64,000 nucleotides of DNA from an uncultured Verrucomicrobiae bacterium (GTDB lineage: Bacteria > Verrucomicrobiota > Verrucomicrobiia > Chthoniobacterales > Terrimicrobiaceae). The DNA is taken from the NCBI GenBank assembly GCA_963706955.1, contig CAVPOC010000001.1, positions 96,001 through 160,000 on the forward strand. The letters are read 5' to 3'. The notes under the pieces were generated by a model. The model had not been told where the DNA came from, searched no databases, and was given only the letters and a program-made list of their open reading frames with translations. Made by a program: the position numbers and the translations under genes. Positions 56,741 through 64,000 of this stretch are shown in pieces; the stretch's first letter is position 1; each line of letters starts with the position of its first letter.

Positions 56741-57917
56741 GCAGAAAAAAGTGTCCAAACTTAGCAACGCGGCTTTCGCATCGGAAGGAGCTTCCATTGG
56801 CCCGGGCTCGACCGTGGGGATTCTCGGTGGTGGGCAGCTCGGACGCATGTTTGGGATTGCCGCGCGGCGGATGGGCTATCGCGTTCACGCTTTCGAGCCA
56901 CACCCCGATAGCCCGGCTGGACAGATTAGCGACGTGGAAGTCAATGCGTCCTACGATGACTTCGCTGCGCTCGAGCGATTTGCTCGGGAAGTCGATGTCA
57001 TCTCCTTCGAGTTCGAAAACATTCCCCTCTCTGCGATCAGGGAAGTCGCGAAAATCCGTCCGCTGCGCCCGCGGGGCGAGGTGTTGCACATCTGCCAGAA
57101 TCGGGAAAGGGAGAAGGCATTCCTGCGCGAGCATCGGTTCCCCCATGCGTCCTTCGCCGTCGCTGAATCGCCGGAGGGTTTGCGCACGGCCCTCGACAGT
57201 ATTGGGATGCCCGCGGTGCTCAAGACCGCCGATTTCGGATACGACGGCAAAGGTCAGTTGAAGCTCGAGGGAGACGTCGACGTCGAAAAGACTTGGGCGC
57301 GCTTTCACTCCGGACGCGGCGTCCTCGAGGAATGGATCCCCTTTCAAGCGGAGCTCTCGGTGGTGGTGGCCCGGGGTCTGGACGGTCGCATGCTGGCTTT
57401 CCCACCGGCGGAAAATCTGCATCGGAAACACATCCTCGACATCTCCATAGTGCCGGGTCGCTTCCCGCAGACAATCGCGGACGCGGCCGTCGGCCTCGCC
57501 TGCGAAATCACTGCATCTCTCGACGTGGTTGGACTTCTCGCGGTTGAATTTTTTCTCACAGAGGACTCCCAATTGCTGGTCAACGAACTGGCGCCTCGTC
57601 CCCACAACTCCGGCCACTACACTTTCGATGCGTGCGTCACCAGCCAGTTCGAGCAACAGCTCCGCGCCGTTTGCGGACTCCCCTTGGGCTCAACATCATT
57701 GCTCAGTCCGGTCGTCATGTGGAACCTTCTGGGACACCTTTGGAAAAGCGGAGAGCCCGACTGGAACGTGATCCTTTCCGAACCGCGGGCCAAGCTCCAT
57801 CTCTATGGAAAACGGGAAGCCCGTCCGGGGAGAAAGATGGGCCACGTTTCGGTGCTGGCGGAAGTGGAGGAAGCCCTGGCTTTGGTCGAGACTTTCAGGA
57901 GGAAGCTCGAAGATTGA
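56739..57917 (+). CDS. purK: N5-carboxyaminoimidazole ribonucleotide synthase
   Basis: GILGGGQLGRM, FEFEN, GYDGKGQ, NELAPRPHNSGH, SQFEQ, HLYGK and RKMGH motifs. Confidence 0.95.
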   Translation: MQKKVSKLSNAAFASEGASIGPGSTVGILGGGQLGRMFGIAARRMGYRVHAFEPHPDSPAGQISDVEVNASYDDFAALERFAREVDVISFEFENIPLSAIREVAKIRPLRPRGEVLHICQNREREKAFLREHRFPHASFAVAESPEGLRTALDSIGMPAVLKTADFGYDGKGQLKLEGDVDVEKTWARFHSGRGVLEEWIPFQAELSVVVARGLDGRMLAFPPAENLHRKHILDISIVPGRFPQTIADAAVGLACEITASLDVVGLLAVEFFLTEDSQLLVNELAPRPHNSGHYTFDACVTSQFEQQLRAVCGLPLGSTSLLSPVVMWNLLGHLWKSGEPDWNVILSEPRAKLHLYGKREARPGRKMGHVSVLAEVEEALALVETFRRKLED

Positions 57918-57927
57918 GTTCTCGACG

Positions 57928-58299
57928 ATGAACTCCCGTGTTGTCAGGACAAGGCTGCCGGTGCGCGTCATTGCGGCGGCTTTGCTCCTCGGCCTTTTTC
58001 TGATCGGCTTTCTCGTCCTCGCCGTCTGGCAGAGCGGGGCCGCCATCGAAAAGGCTCGCATGACCGGCAGGGTCGTCGCCAAGGAATTCGTTCCCGCCCC
58101 AGAGCAGCAGGTGACCGTTGGCCGCAAAGGCGGGCTGAGCGCCGCCCAATCGTCGGGCGAATACATCCTGACCGTGGAGGTGGCCACGGAGGACAAGAAA
58201 ACGAAGAAGCCTTACGATGTCTGGGTGGACAAGAGACGCTACGAAGCTGTTAAAATCGGCGATCTTTTCGACGTGGGACCCTATCTGGTGCGCGAATAA
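57928..58299 (+). CDS. Membrane-anchored hypothetical protein
   Basis: TM helix followed by a small beta domain (GRVVAKEF...YEAVKIGD). Confidence 0.6.
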   Translation: MNSRVVRTRLPVRVIAAALLLGLFLIGFLVLAVWQSGAAIEKARMTGRVVAKEFVPAPEQQVTVGRKGGLSAAQSSGEYILTVEVATEDKKTKKPYDVWVDKRRYEAVKIGDLFDVGPYLVRE

Positions 58300-58373
58300 A
58301 AAATGAACGCCTTCCCAAGCTCGCTGTCTCAGGATGTAAATACGCTGTCAAAAATTCCTCTTCCGTATTTCAC

Positions 58374-59363
58374 ATGAGTATTCTCGCACAGCAAACAAAC
58401 AATCAGGTCCAAGAAGCGCGTCAGTGGGTCGAGCCACTCGTTGCCGAAGTTAGCAAGGTCGTTATTGGCCAAAAGAAGCTAGTTTATCGCTTGCTCACGG
58501 GCCTTCTCTGCAATGGCCATGTCTTGCTCGAAGGGGTGCCCGGCTTGGCCAAAACGCTAACGGTGCGAACGCTGGCAGCATGTATCCGCACCGGCTTTCA
58601 GCGCATCCAGTTCACACCGGATCTTCTTCCCGCCGATTTGATTGGCACGCTGATCTATAACCCCAGGGATGGAGAATTTACGACCAAACTGGGCCCGATT
58701 TTTTCCAACCTCATCCTCGCAGACGAGATCAACCGCGCGCCAGCCAAGGTTCAGAGTGCCTTGCTCGAAGCTATGCAGGAGCGCCAGGTGACTATTAGCG
58801 ACACCAGCTATCCGCTCTCCGATCCTTTCTTGGTGCTGGCGACGCAAAATCCGATCGAGCAGGAAGGGACCTATCAACTTCCTGAGGCCCAACTCGACCG
58901 CTTCATGCTCAAGGTGAACGTTGGATATCCAACGCGCGAAGAAGAGCGTGAAATCCTCGATGCGATGGCGACCTCTGCGCCGCTCCTGAGTGTCCAGCCG
59001 ATCGTCTCGCCTGAGGAAATTATTCACGCGCGCAGCGTGGTTAATTCGATCTATGTGGATGATCGCATCAAGGAGTATATCGTTAATGTCGTCTGGGCGA
59101 CGCGCGATCCGGCGGTGTCCAAGCTCAAACTCGATGGGATGATTCGCCTCGGCGCCTCCCCGCGGGCGACAATCTACCTTACCTTGGCGGCCAAGGCCCA
59201 GGCTTTCATCGCTGGTCGCGGATATGTGACGCCCCAGGATGTCAAGTCGATTGGGCTGGATGTGCTTCGCCACCGTATCGGAGTGAGCTACGAAGCCGAA
59301 GCCGAATCGGTCACCAGTGAGATGATTGTGGAAAAGATCTTTGCCGGACTGCCCGTTCCCTAG
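58374..59363 (+). CDS. moxR: MoxR family AAA+ ATPase
   Basis: GVPGLAKT, RIQFTPDLLP, LADEINRAP, ATQNPIE and LPEAQLDRF motifs. Confidence 0.95.
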   Translation: MSILAQQTNNQVQEARQWVEPLVAEVSKVVIGQKKLVYRLLTGLLCNGHVLLEGVPGLAKTLTVRTLAACIRTGFQRIQFTPDLLPADLIGTLIYNPRDGEFTTKLGPIFSNLILADEINRAPAKVQSALLEAMQERQVTISDTSYPLSDPFLVLATQNPIEQEGTYQLPEAQLDRFMLKVNVGYPTREEEREILDAMATSAPLLSVQPIVSPEEIIHARSVVNSIYVDDRIKEYIVNVVWATRDPAVSKLKLDGMIRLGASPRATIYLTLAAKAQAFIAGRGYVTPQDVKSIGLDVLRHRIGVSYEAEAESVTSEMIVEKIFAGLPVP

Positions 59364-59450
59364 TCGACTCGGCTGGAGCTCTACTTCCCATTGGCTATGC
59401 GGCTGCTTCGAGTGACGGCCCTGATGATCTGATTGTCCCCCTCTGCTGTT

Positions 59451-60341
59451 ATGAATCGAGACCCACGCGAGATCCTGAAGAAGATTCGGCATCTCGAGTT
59501 GCGCACCCGACGACTCGTTAACGCGTCATTTTCCGGACGGTATCATAGCGTCTTCAAAGGGCGCGGAATGAACTTCGAAGAGGTTCGCGAATACACCCCC
59601 GGTGATGAAATCCGCAGCATCGACTGGAATGTTACTGCGCGGATGAACGCAGCCTACGTGAAGAAGTTTACCGAGGAGCGGGAGCTAACGGTAATGCTCC
59701 TGGTGGACGTGAGCGCGTCCGGCAGCTTTGGCAGCGTGGAGCTTAGCAAACGGGAGTTGGCCGCGGAGGTCGCAGCGATCCTCGCCTTTAGCGCCGTCAA
59801 CAACAGCGACAAAGTCGGACTTCTGCTCTTCTCCGATGATGTCGAGTTGTTCATTCCTCCGAAAAAGGGACGCCTGCATACACTGCGCTTAATCCGCGAG
59901 ATGCTCTATTTCGAGCCCAAAGGCCGGCAAACAAATGTGACTACCGCCTTGGATTACCTGAACAAAGTGATCTCTCGTCGCGCCGTCGTATTTCTCATTT
60001 CCGATTTTCTGGCTCCGGATTATAGCAAGTCACTCTCCGTCGCTGGCCGGCGCCACGATCTTGTGGCAATGCCCGTCTTCGATCCCGGCGAGGAACGGCT
60101 TCCGAATGTAGGCTTGGTCACCTTCGAGGATGCCGAGACGGGTGAGCAGATCGAAATCAATACCTCGAACTCCTCCGTGCGCAATGCCTTCGCCGCGGAG
60201 GAGGAAGGCCGACGCAAAAAGCTTTTCAAGCTTTTCGGCGCGCGAGGAATCGACTTCGTGCCACTCGGCACGGACAAGGATTATCTGGTGGCGCTGCGAA
60301 GCTTTTTTGAGCGCCGGGAACGAAGATTGACCGCCGCATGA
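59451..60341 (+). CDS. DUF58 VWA-like protein
   Basis: GMNFEEVREY, IDWNVTAR, DVSAS and ISDF motifs. Confidence 0.92.
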   Translation: MNRDPREILKKIRHLELRTRRLVNASFSGRYHSVFKGRGMNFEEVREYTPGDEIRSIDWNVTARMNAAYVKKFTEERELTVMLLVDVSASGSFGSVELSKRELAAEVAAILAFSAVNNSDKVGLLLFSDDVELFIPPKKGRLHTLRLIREMLYFEPKGRQTNVTTALDYLNKVISRRAVVFLISDFLAPDYSKSLSVAGRRHDLVAMPVFDPGEERLPNVGLVTFEDAETGEQIEINTSNSSVRNAFAAEEEGRRKKLFKLFGARGIDFVPLGTDKDYLVALRSFFERRERRLTAA

Positions 60342-60859
60342 TGCCTCCGACAGCCCAAGCGACTCCAGCACCAATCCACGACATTGCCGGTCCGGTTTGG
60401 TTCTTTCCGTATCCCGTCTGGATGGCGGTGGCGGCCGGCCTCGCGTTTCTCGTCCTCGTAGGCCTGCTTTTCTGGTTCACGCGGCGCAAACGAGCGGCTC
60501 CCGTGCTCAGCGCGCGTGAACGGGCTCTCGCGGTGTTGCGAGAGCTGCGTGACGAAGCTTCAGAGGCTGACCCGTATGGTTTCGGTGTGCGGGTTTCTGA
60601 TGCATTGCGCACCTACATTCGTGATCAACACAGCCTCGATGCCGTCACCCGAACGTCCGTCGAATTCCTGGAAGCGTTGCGCGACAACGCCGCCTTCACC
60701 AACAACGAGAAGGCGGCTATTTCGGAGTTCCTCGAGTCCGTTGATCTGCTCAAGTACGCGCGGCAAGCTGCGGCGGCGGCAGAGATTCAAATTCTCCTCG
60801 AGATCGCCGAACGGGTCGTGCGCGGAGAGAGTCCGCCGCAAGCTGTCGTTTCCAAATGA
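60338..60859 (+). CDS. DUF4381-like membrane protein of the Bat operon
   Basis: IHDI..P.W followed by a TM helix; LRTYI, TSVEFL and DLLKYA; position in the operon. Confidence 0.72.
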   Translation: MMPPTAQATPAPIHDIAGPVWFFPYPVWMAVAAGLAFLVLVGLLFWFTRRKRAAPVLSARERALAVLRELRDEASEADPYGFGVRVSDALRTYIRDQHSLDAVTRTSVEFLEALRDNAAFTNNEKAAISEFLESVDLLKYARQAAAAAEIQILLEIAERVVRGESPPQAVVSK

Positions 60860-61875
60860 CCGAAGGAAGTCCATTTGGTTTTAGTTTTGCCCATCCCTGG
60901 GTTCTGCTTTTTCTCCTCTTGCTCCCGATCCTCGCGGTATTGAAAGGTCGTGTTGGAGGCACGGCGGGAGTGACGTTTTCCAGCACTTCGGCGTTGTCTT
61001 CGCTCGGCCGCCGGCGGCGATCGCGCGCCGGGGCGCTCCTCGCTTTGCTGACGCATCTGGCGCTAGCCAGTCTGATCATTGCGCTGGCCCGGCCGCAGCT
61101 TGGCCGCACACTTACTCGCGTCGAGGCCAGCGGAGTGGACATCATGCTGGCTCTGGATGTGTCGCGATCGATGCTGGCGGAGGATTATACGATTGGCTCG
61201 GAGCGCGCCAATCGGATTGAAGCGGTCAAAAAGGTCACCGAGGAATTCATTCGACAGCGACCGAACGATCGCATCGGAATTGTTGCTTTTGCCGGCCGTC
61301 CTTATCTCGTCAGTCCGCTCACACTCGATCACGATTGGTTAATCCAAAACCTCGATCGCCTGCAGATCGGGCTGGTTGAGGATGGGACGGCGATTGGCTC
61401 GGCCATTGCCGCGGCCGCGAACCGTCTTAAGGACAAAGAGGCCAAGAGCAAGCTGCTCGTTCTTCTCACTGATGGCGACAACAACGCGGGTCGCGTCACC
61501 CCGTTGACGGCTACCGAGGCGGCCAAAGCCCTCGGCATTCGAATTTACACGATCGGAGCAGGCACCAATGGAGAGGTTCCGTTTCCCTTTACTGATCCGT
61601 TTGGCAGAACCGTCTATCGAAATGTCCTGATGCAATATAACGACGAGCTGCTCAGGCAGATTGCTTCGGTCACCAAAGGGAAATATTTTCGGGCGGCAGA
61701 CACGCACACATTGAAGGACGTTTTCAATGAGATCGACCAGATGGAGAAGACAAAGGTAAGCGTCGAAAAGACAGCGGACTATCGTGACTTGTTTCCGATG
61801 TTCCTCCTGGCAGGATTTGTCCTGCTCGGATCGGAGGTTCTCCTTTCTCAAACAGTATGGAAACGTCTCCCTTGA
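60856..61875 (+). CDS. batA: BatA-like VWA membrane protein
   Basis: FAHPW, ALARP, MIDAS DVSRS, SPLTLD, GTAIG and LLTDG motifs. Confidence 0.88.
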   Translation: MTEGSPFGFSFAHPWVLLFLLLLPILAVLKGRVGGTAGVTFSSTSALSSLGRRRRSRAGALLALLTHLALASLIIALARPQLGRTLTRVEASGVDIMLALDVSRSMLAEDYTIGSERANRIEAVKKVTEEFIRQRPNDRIGIVAFAGRPYLVSPLTLDHDWLIQNLDRLQIGLVEDGTAIGSAIAAAANRLKDKEAKSKLLVLLTDGDNNAGRVTPLTATEAAKALGIRIYTIGAGTNGEVPFPFTDPFGRTVYRNVLMQYNDELLRQIASVTKGKYFRAADTHTLKDVFNEIDQMEKTKVSVEKTADYRDLFPMFLLAGFVLLGSEVLLSQTVWKRLP

Positions 61876-64000
61876 CTTTTTCACAGCCGGCGTGGTTTTT
61901 CGCTTTGGCGATTGTTCCAATCGTCGCGGCGCTCTACCTTTGGTCGCAGCGGCGTAGCGATGCTCTCCTCTCCAAAGTGGTGGCTCCGCGGCTCCGGTCA
62001 CAGCTTGCGGGGACCGTTAGCAAGGGACGGAGGACGCTGAAGTCGGCCGTGATCCTAGCGGTCTTCGGTCTTATCGCCATGGCTCTTGCTCGGCCGCAAA
62101 TGGGTTTCGTTCAGCGCGAGGTTAAGCAGCGTGGCCGTGATGTGATCGTCGCGATCGATACCTCGCGCAGCATGCTTGCCACTGACGTGGCGCCCAGTCG
62201 GTTGGCACGGGCCAAGCTCGTCGCGCAGGATTTGCTGCGCTTGGTCCGAGGAGATCGCGTCGGCCTGGTGGCCTTTGCGGGCTCGGCCTTTCTCCAGGCT
62301 CCGCTGACTCTGGATTACAATGCGGTCTTAACCTCTCTCGAGGAACTCGACACCGCGGTGATTCCTAAGGGTGGATCGAACATCGCCGAGGCGATTCGCA
62401 TTGCCGAACAGGCCTTCGGAAAGGGGGAGGGGCAAACGCGCGCTCTCGTTATCTTGACCGACGGCGAGGAATTGGATGCCGACGGCGTTGCCGCTGCGAA
62501 AAGGGCTGGCGAGCTCGGCGTGCGTGTTTTTACCGTTGGCATTGGCTCCGCGGAAGGCTCTCTCATTCCCCTGCGTAGTGACGAGGGGGGAACCGATTTC
62601 GTTCGCGACACTGCCGGAAAGCCGGTGCAAAGCAAGCTTGACGAAAAGCGGCTGAAGGAGATTGCGGAAGCGGGAGGAGGTTTTTACGTCCCACTGAGCG
62701 CCGAGGCAGCGCGCAATATCTTTGAGGACGGAATTCTCAAACTCGACGAGGCGGAAACTGGAATCTTGTCGGCACGACAGCCGATCGAACGTTATCAATG
62801 GCCGTTGGGCGTGGCGGTGGGATTGCTCGTTCTTTGGTTGCTTCTCGGCGACAGAAGAAGGCCGATCGTTCTTCGTAGAGGCGCGACCGCCCTTGTTCTG
62901 TTTGGTTTTTCGGCGACGCTCTCCACCGCAGCTACTGGACTCGAGGAGTATGAGGCTGGACATTTCGAAAAGGCCAAGGTGGACTTCGAACGGCGTTTGC
63001 AAGCGACTCCTCAATCGGACAAACTCCATTTCAACGCTGGAGCCGCCTCCTATAAACTTGGGGATTTTGCCAAGGCGGTGGATCATTTTACGCAGTCGCT
63101 TCTGAGCGGGGATCCAAAGTTGCGTGAAGATTCGTCCTACAATCTCGGGAACGCTCTCGTGCGTCGTGGCGAAGCCGCTAAAGGAAACGAAGAAAAGAAA
63201 GCTGATTGGAAGAATGCCATCCAGCATTACTCCGAAGCGCTGAAGCTTGATCCGCAGAACAAGCAGGCGGAGGAGAACCGGGAGATTGTCAAAAAGATGC
63301 TCGAAGATCTCGAGAAACAGGAAAAAGAGCAGCAGCAGAAGCAGGATCAACAGCAACAGAAGCAGGATCAACAGCAGCAGAAGCAAGATCAGCAGCAGCA
63401 GAAGCAGGATCAGCAGCAGCAGAAGCAAGATCAGCAGCAGCAGAAGCAGGATCAGCAGCAGCAGAAGCAGGATCAGCAGCAGCAGAAGCAAGATCAACAG
63501 CAGCAGAAGCAAGATCAACAGCAGCAGAAGCAGGATCAGCAGCAACAGAAGCAGGATCAGCAGCAGAAGCAGGATCAGCAACAGCAGAACCAGGGCCAGG
63601 CAAAGCAGGACCAGCAGCAACAGAAGCAGGAGCAGCAGCAGCAAAACCAGGGCCAGTCAAAGCAGGAGCAGCGGGATCAACAGCAACAGGGCCAGGATCA
63701 GGCAAAGCAGGACCAGCAGCAAAAGCAACAGAAAGGCGACCAGCAGCAACAGAAGCAAGCTTCAAAGGATCAAGAGCAGGCCAAGCCTGAGCGGGATGAA
63801 AAAGGTCAGCAAAGTCAGGATCAGCCGCAGAAGGATCGCGAAGGCAAGGACGAGCCTGCAAATGAGAGTCAACCACAAGGGCAACAACAGATGGCCAAAA
63901 ACTCAGATCAACAACCTCAGCCAACTCCTGGTGAGAAGAAGAAGGGCGACCTGAAGCCAAGCGAAGAGCCGCAGCAAGAAGCTGGATCGGAAGGTAGCGC
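61872..64000 (+). CDS. BatB-BatC-like VWA-TPR fusion with Gln-rich linker (runs off the window end)
   Basis: Read by hand from TTG 61872: FSQPAW, ALARP, DTSRSM, PLTLD and LTDGE, then TPR segments (FNAGAASY, YNLGNAL) and Q-rich repeats. Confidence 0.85.
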   Translation, partial: MTFSQPAWFFALAIVPIVAALYLWSQRRSDALLSKVVAPRLRSQLAGTVSKGRRTLKSAVILAVFGLIAMALARPQMGFVQREVKQRGRDVIVAIDTSRSMLATDVAPSRLARAKLVAQDLLRLVRGDRVGLVAFAGSAFLQAPLTLDYNAVLTSLEELDTAVIPKGGSNIAEAIRIAEQAFGKGEGQTRALVILTDGEELDADGVAAAKRAGELGVRVFTVGIGSAEGSLIPLRSDEGGTDFVRDTAGKPVQSKLDEKRLKEIAEAGGGFYVPLSAEAARNIFEDGILKLDEAETGILSARQPIERYQWPLGVAVGLLVLWLLLGDRRRPIVLRRGATALVLFGFSATLSTAATGLEEYEAGHFEKAKVDFERRLQATPQSDKLHFNAGAASYKLGDFAKAVDHFTQSLLSGDPKLREDSSYNLGNALVRRGEAAKGNEEKKADWKNAIQHYSEALKLDPQNKQAEENREIVKKMLEDLEKQEKEQQQKQDQQQQKQDQQQQKQDQQQQKQDQQQQKQDQQQQKQDQQQQKQDQQQQKQDQQQQKQDQQQQKQDQQQQKQDQQQKQDQQQQNQGQAKQDQQQQKQEQQQQNQGQSKQEQRDQQQQGQDQAKQDQQQKQQKGDQQQQKQASKDQEQAKPERDEKGQQSQDQPQKDREGKDEPANESQPQGQQQMAKNSDQQPQPTPGEKKKGDLKPSEEPQQEAGSEGS
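63339..63587 (+). repeat. Coding tandem repeat of ~12 x 21 bp (KQDQQQQ)
   Basis: Unit aagca(g/a)gatca(g/a)ca(g/a)ca(g/a)cag, with one 18-bp unit and synonymous variation only. Confidence 0.92.

Noticed and set aside
56322..57656. 444 aa minus-strand ORF
   Set aside because: Mostly antisense to purK; only its last part carries heptosyltransferase fragments.
63339..63587. Possible CRISPR array
   Set aside because: Head-to-tail in-frame repeats with no unique spacers and no cas genes.
62328..63960. Poly-Leu ORF (62328..63644 -) and Ser/Arg- or Ala-rich ORFs over the repeat
   Set aside because: These are alternative-frame shadows of the KQDQQQQ repeat in the VWA-TPR gene.

Overview
A GC-rich (~60%) bacterial chromosome segment. 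Its gene content and conserved hypothetical proteins suggest Verrucomicrobiota (Spartobacteria/Chthoniobacterales-like); this placement is an inference. About 17 genes, including serS, typA and ilvC, carry single-base frameshifts, mostly +1 duplications of a neighbouring base. This points to uncorrected long-read error rather than mass pseudogenisation, so split ORFs are merged below. Housekeeping blocks are tilS-serS, a DnaJ/CbpA protein, typA, acpP, a 2-oxoacid dehydrogenase E1a/E1b/E2, cysK, ilvNC, accBC, secG-panC-nadB, purK and a MoxR-DUF58-Bat VWA operon. The most interesting part is a ~17 kb nitrate-assimilation island (10.9-28.4 kb). It holds a LysR regulator divergent from a NasS-like sensor with no ANTAR partner in view, a sigma54-type promoter, three NrtA/CmpA paralogues (only one with an export signal) and NrtBCD. 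It also holds a CysJ-like diflavin reductase, a siroheme NirA, a fused 4x[4Fe-4S]-DmsC membrane protein, a cytoplasmic Mo-bisPGD nitrate reductase, and MobA, MOSC and sulfite-oxidase genes. A second sigma54-preceded nitrogen unit encodes a triuret-hydrolase-signature amidase plus a permease. Other oddities are a collapsed LpxL-WaaF fusion remnant, a zinc-ribbon bactofilin, repeated operator-like palindromes and a KQDQQQQ tandem repeat. I recognised no rRNA, tRNA, CRISPR array or transposase.
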